64,000 nt of DNA from an uncultured Actinomycetota bacterium (GTDB taxonomy: Bacteria; Actinomycetota; Actinomycetes; JBEVHX01): NCBI GenBank assembly GCA_963836025.1, contig CAWIIE010000007.1, forward strand, positions 80,500-144,499, in the 5' to 3' direction. Of the stretch, positions 59,616 through 64,000 are shown one piece after another (position 1 is the first letter of the stretch; each line of letters begins with the position of its first letter). The notes under the pieces were generated by a model. The model saw only the letters and a list, made by a program, of their open reading frames with translations, had not been told where the DNA came from and did no database searches. Position numbers and translations under genes: made by a program.

Positions 59616-60435
59616 TCAGCCGGTGCCGAGCAAGTCGACCAACGAGGCTACCTGCTCGGCCGGCGGCGCCGAAATCGCGACCGTGGTTCCCCAGTCGGTG
59701 TAGTTCGCGCGGGTCGTGGTGGCGCCGCCGGCGTCGATGGTCTGCTCGTACTGCCGTGGCAGGTCATCGCCGTCGACCCAGATCGCGTAGTCAAACGCGG
59801 TGACCCCCAAGTCCTTGAGTGCCTGGAACGTGGCCGCCGCCGAGCCGCCGGCGGCGATGGCCTGCTCGACGTCAACGGACACCACGTACTTGGTGGTCGA
59901 GACCCCGTCGATGTCCTCGCGGCCCTCGTCGCGCAGGTCGGTCCCCGCCTTGAGCGCGGCGAAACTCTGCTCGACGTCGCCGGCCGTGGACAGCGATTCG
60001 ACGATCGGGCCCAAGGAGGACACGACCGGGTTGTCCTCGTCGCCGGTCAACGAGATCCAGGTCTTGCCGGCCGGCAGGCCAATCGTCGGAGCCCGGCTGC
60101 ATGTAGAACGTCTCGTTCACGATGACTGCGCGGAGGTCGCCCGTGCCGGCGGGCAGCGACATGGTCAGGTCAGCCGCATAGTCGGATCCGAAGCGGACGA
60201 CGCCGTGCCCGGAGATGTCACCCGCGGCCGATGTGCTCGTGAACGTCGTCCGCACGCTGCCGGCCTCGTTGGCCGCCGTCGAGACCCGATCAAACAGCTC
60301 TGCCGGCGTATGCGCTGCACTCGCGGTCGACTCGGCCACGGTCGGGCCGACCCCCGACTCGTTATCCCCGCCGCCGGAGCACCCCGCCGCGAGCAACGCG
60401 CAGCACATCGCGACCAGGACGATGCGGATGCCCAT
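59616..60435 (-). CDS. Putative secreted lipoprotein, with one frame disruption as assembled
   Basis: MGIRIVLVAMCCALLAAGCSGGGDNES (signal peptide plus lipobox LLAAGC) ...VNETFYMQPGSDDWPAG | KTWISLTGDEDNPVVSSLGPIVESLSTAGDVEQSF...LVDLLGTG. The shift lies within 60061-60080. Confidence 0.7.
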
Positions 60436-60499
60436 CAGAGGTCAGACCTCGACGGTCTCCACTGAGTACGTGGTCGTTCGCTCACTCGGCCTTCCTTCG

Positions 60500-61219
<720 letters not shown>

Positions 61220-61308
61220 GATGCGGTCTCCTGTTCGAGCGTGTGGTCAGACGGGCCAGCGCGGCCCTCCCACGGCGGTCACGTATGCGGCGCATACGCG
61301 GGTGGTGG

Positions 61309-61740
61309 TCAGTCGGTGATCGTGACGCCCATCTGGCGGGCGGTGCCGGCGATGATCTTCTCGGCGGCGTCGAGGTCGTTGGCGTTGAGGTCGGGCATCT
61401 TCTGCTCGGCGATTGCCCGTACCTGCTCGCGGGTGAGCTTGCCAACCTTGGTCTTCTGCGGCTCGCCCGAACCCTTCTCGATGCCGGCCGCCTTGAGAAT
61501 CAGCCGGGCAGCCGGCGGCGTCTTCGTGACGAAGGTAAACGAGCGGTCCTCGTACACGGAGATCTCAACCGGAATGACGTTGCCGCGTTGTGCCTCGGTC
61601 GCGGCGTTGTACGCCTTGCAGAACTCCATGATGTTGACGCCGTGTTGGCCAAGGGCCGGGCCGACCGGCGGCGCCGGGGTGGCCTGGCCGGCCTGGATCT
61701 GCAGCTTGATGATCGCTGCGAGCTTCTTCTTCGGAGGCAT
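61309..61740 (-). CDS. rplK: 50S ribosomal protein L11
   Basis: [70 protein letters not shown]..., 143 aa from the ATG at 61740. Confidence 0.98.
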   Translation of the reverse strand: MPPKKKLAAIIKLQIQAGQATPAPPVGPALGQHGVNIMEFCKAYNAATEAQRGNVIPVEISVYEDRSFTFVTKTPPAARLILKAAGIEKGSGEPQKTKVGKLTREQVRAIAEQKMPDLNANDLDAAEKIIAGTARQMGVTITD

Positions 61741-61796
61741 TGCGGTCCTTCGTTGCAGTTGTCGGTGCGTCGGGATGGTCGGTGCGGTTGTGCGGG

Positions 61797-62504
61797 TCAG
61801 TTCTTCTGGATCTGCGAGAACGAAAGCTCGACCGGGGTCTCGCGGCCGAAGATCTCGACCAGTCCCTTGATCCGCTGGCTGTCCGGGTTGATCTCGTGGA
61901 TGGTCGCCTGCAGCGTGGCGAACGGGCCGTCGATGACGGTGACCGAATCGCCGACCTCGAAGTCGAGGACCTCGACCGGTGCCTTGGCGGCGACACCGGC
62001 CTGCTTCTCCACCTCGGGCGCGAGGATGTTGACCACCTCGTCGAGGGTGAGCGGGGTCGGCTGGTGCAGGTGGCCGACGAAGCCGGTGACGCCCGGGGTG
62101 TTGCGCACCGCGGACCATGACTCGTCCGTGAGCTCCATCCGGACCAGGACGTAGCCGGGGAATCGGTTGCGCTTGACCCGCTTCCGCTGGCCGTTCTTGA
62201 TCTCGTCGACTTCCTCCTGCGGGACCTCGATCTCGAAGATGTAGTCCTCCATGTTCAAGGAGGACGTCCGGCTCTCGAGGTTGGTCTTGACCCGGTTCTC
62301 ATACCCCGCGTAGCTGTGCACCACGAACCACTCACCCGGACGGGCGCGCAATGTCTCGCGCAACCGGGCCACCGGGTCGTCGGCGTCTTGGGCCGGGACG
62401 TCGGCGAGCTGAGCCGCGGCGGGGTCGTCCTCCCCGACGACCGGATCGACCTCGGGTGAGGTGTCCTCCGTGGCCGTACCGGAAACGAACGAGGACTCGG
62501 TCAA
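61797..62504 (-). CDS. nusG: Transcription termination/antitermination factor NusG
   Basis: ...[69 protein letters not shown]...[52 protein letters not shown], 235 aa. Confidence 0.97.
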   Translation of the reverse strand: MTESSFVSGTATEDTSPEVDPVVGEDDPAAAQLADVPAQDADDPVARLRETLRARPGEWFVVHSYAGYENRVKTNLESRTSSLNMEDYIFEIEVPQEEVDEIKNGQRKRVKRNRFPGYVLVRMELTDESWSAVRNTPGVTGFVGHLHQPTPLTLDEVVNILAPEVEKQAGVAAKAPVEVLDFEVGDSVTVIDGPFATLQATIHEINPDSQRIKGLVEIFGRETPVELSFSQIQKN

Positions 62505-62562
62505 GGGGAGGGCTCTCTTCCGTGGAGTCTGGGAGATCGGTGGTGTGCGGATCCGGATGGCT

Positions 62563-62811
62563 TCAGTCGCCGAAGACGGCGAGCACGAGCTTCGAGATGC
62601 CGAGGTCGAGGAAGCCGACGTAGACCATGATCATCGCAACGAAGACCATCACCACGATGGTGTAGGTGATCAGTTCCTTGCGGGTCGGCCAGACAACCTT
62701 GAACAGCTCTGCACGAACCTGGCGGAGGAACAGCCCGATTCGGGCGAACAGCGACGGACGCTTCTTCCCGGCGCTCGCACGGCCGCGTTCCGCCGTCGGC
62801 GTCTCTGTCAC
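62563..62811 (-). CDS. secE: Preprotein translocase subunit SecE
   Basis: [82 protein letters not shown], 82 aa. The GTG at 62811 was chosen because the longer track ORF would overlap the tRNA. Confidence 0.9.
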   Translation of the reverse strand: MTETPTAERGRASAGKKRPSLFARIGLFLRQVRAELFKVVWPTRKELITYTIVVMVFVAMIMVYVGFLDLGISKLVLAVFGD

Positions 62812-62880
62812 GTCTTGCTCACCAGCTCTCGTCGTCAACTGCCGTTCCCGCAGGCCGCGGGATCGGATGGTGCTCGCGGG

Positions 62881-62953
62881 CAGGGCCGGAGGGACTCGAA
62901 CCCACAACCACCGGTTTTGGAGACCGGGACTCTGCCAATTGAGCTACGGCCCT
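62881..62953 (-). tRNA. tRNA-Trp (anticodon CCA)
   Basis: The minus strand reads AGGGCCGTAGCTCAATTGGCAGAGTCCCGGTCTCCAAAACCGGTGGTTGTGGGTTCGAGTCCCTCCGGCCCTG. The acceptor AGGGCCG/CGGCCCT pairs, the anticodon stem CCGGT/ACCGG flanks the loop CTCCAAA, and the T-loop is TTCGAGT. No encoded CCA. Confidence 0.93.
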
Positions 62954-63080
62954 ACGGCGGCGCCGCTGTCCGCCGACATCCCCGCAGGTCAACTGATCGC
63001 GGGCAGGCTGGCGCACAGTGACAGAGCCACCAAGGGGCTGAGTGTACGCGACCCGTGACGGCCCGGTCGAACAGCAGGAA

Positions 63081-63150
63081 TCCCCGCGATCTTGAGCTTT
63101 CTTCACCGACACGCCGCGTCGATCATGAAGATTCCTCATGATCGCGGGGA
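63081..63150. repeat. Family-B hairpin-type element B8
   Basis: TCCCCGCGATCTTGAGCTTTCTTCA (63081-63105), then the loop CCGACACGCCGCGTCGATCA, then TGAAGATTCCTCATGATCGCGGGGA (63126-63150). It lies in the divergent region between tRNA-Trp and the aminotransferase. Confidence 0.9.
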
Positions 63151-63200
63151 GGTAGGGACCGGCTCGGCTGCGGCGGCCGAACTTTGGGAGCATTGCGGCC

Positions 63201-64000
63201 ATGAGTGCCGAACCCCAGGTCCCGTCCACCGCCCGACGCGTCTCCGCCCGGATCGCCGCCATCAGCGAGTCGGCGACGCTCGCCGTCGATGCCAAGGCCA
63301 AGGCGCTCAAGGCGGCTGGTCGGCCGGTGGTCGGCTTCGGCGCCGGCGAGCCCGACTTCCCCACCCCGGACTACATCGTCGAGGCAGCGCTCGCGGCCGC
63401 GCGCGACCCGCGCTGGCACCGGTACACCCCGGCCGGCGGGATCCCGGAACTCAAGGAGGCGGTCGCCGCCAAGACCCTCCGGGACTCCGGGTATGCCGTG
63501 AAGGCGGGCCAGGTGCTCATCACCAACGGCGGCAAGCACGCCCTCTACAACGCCTTCGCCGCACTGCTCGACCCGGGCGACGAGGTGCTGCTGCCGGCGC
63601 CGTACTGGACCACCTACCCGGAGTCGATCAAGCTCGCCGGCGGAGTGCCGGTAGAGGTGCACACCGACGAGTCGACCGGCTACCTCGCCAGCCTCGACCA
63701 GCTCGAGGCAGCGCTGACCGAGCGCACCAAGCTGCTGGTGTTCGTGTCCCCCAGCAACCCGACAGGCGCGGTCTACCCGCCGGAGCAGGTCGAGGCGATC
63801 GGACGCTGGGCGCTGGACCGTGGCCTGTGGGTCGTGACCGACGAGATCTACGAGCACCTGGTCTATGGCGAGGCCCGCTTCGCCTCGATTCCGGGCGTGG
63901 TGCCGGAGATCGCGGAGCGCTGCGTGGTGGTGAATGGGGTCGCCAAGACCTATGCGATGACCGGCTGGCGGGTCGGTTGGCTGATCGGGCCTCCCGATGT
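63201..64000 (+). CDS. Pyridoxal-phosphate-dependent (aspartate-type) aminotransferase, 5' part; it continues past the window end
   Basis: My translation from the ATG at 63201 reads [98 protein letters not shown]...[10 protein letters not shown]...[16 protein letters not shown]. There is no stop in the window. Confidence 0.9.
   Translation, partial: MSAEPQVPSTARRVSARIAAISESATLAVDAKAKALKAAGRPVVGFGAGEPDFPTPDYIVEAALAAARDPRWHRYTPAGGIPELKEAVAAKTLRDSGYAVKAGQVLITNGGKHALYNAFAALLDPGDEVLLPAPYWTTYPESIKLAGGVPVEVHTDESTGYLASLDQLEAALTERTKLLVFVSPSNPTGAVYPPEQVEAIGRWALDRGLWVVTDEIYEHLVYGEARFASIPGVVPEIAERCVVVNGVAKTYAMTGWRVGWLIGPPD

Overview
This is a very GC-rich actinobacterial chromosome segment. I cannot assign a genus from the sequence alone. 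It holds about 80 protein genes plus one tRNA, almost all on the minus strand, and they form the conserved translation and transcription backbone. In coordinate order: guaB3(partial)-guaB; groEL-groES with two CIRCE operators; tsaD-rimI-tsaB-tsaE; alr; nnr; acpS; glmS; glmM; rpsI-rplM; truA-rplQ-rpoA-rpsD-rpsK-rpsM-rpmJ-infA; map-adk-secY; the complete spc and S10 ribosomal operons; tuf-fusA-rpsG-rpsL; rpoC-rpoB; rplL-rplJ; rplA-rplK; nusG-secE; tRNA-Trp; and the start of an aspartate aminotransferase. Small accessory insertions are: a plus-strand methyltransferase/Rieske/ArsR/MFS block; UDG plus an alpha/beta hydrolase; a GNAT plus a membrane protein; an ABC-F ATPase plus carbamate kinase; three Pro/Gly/Tyr-rich small membrane proteins between rpsL and rpoC; and two paralogous lipoproteins between rplJ and rplA. 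I see no CRISPR array, transposase, integrase, toxin-antitoxin pair or recognisable defence system. The unusual content is non-coding. (1) An AT-rich box with core GATC[A/T]TGA, typically GATCATGACGAA, occurs in direct and inverted copies at about 30 bp phasing at 8 or more intergenic loci, often just upstream of translation-apparatus operons. (2) A 59-62 bp near-perfect palindrome (GAATGTGGACGTTGGCGGGGTTGGGAC arms) sits at the 3' end of four genes. (3) Four GC-rich hairpins fill an expanded groES-groEL spacer. Separately, at least 20 single-nucleotide frame disruptions hit clearly essential genes (tuf, rpsI, rplQ, rpsC, rplD, truA and others), mostly at short G/C runs. I read these as consensus or assembly errors rather than biology, and the affected annotations carry that caveat. 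Every call rests on my own reading of the ORF-track translations and the raw sequence. No database search was run.
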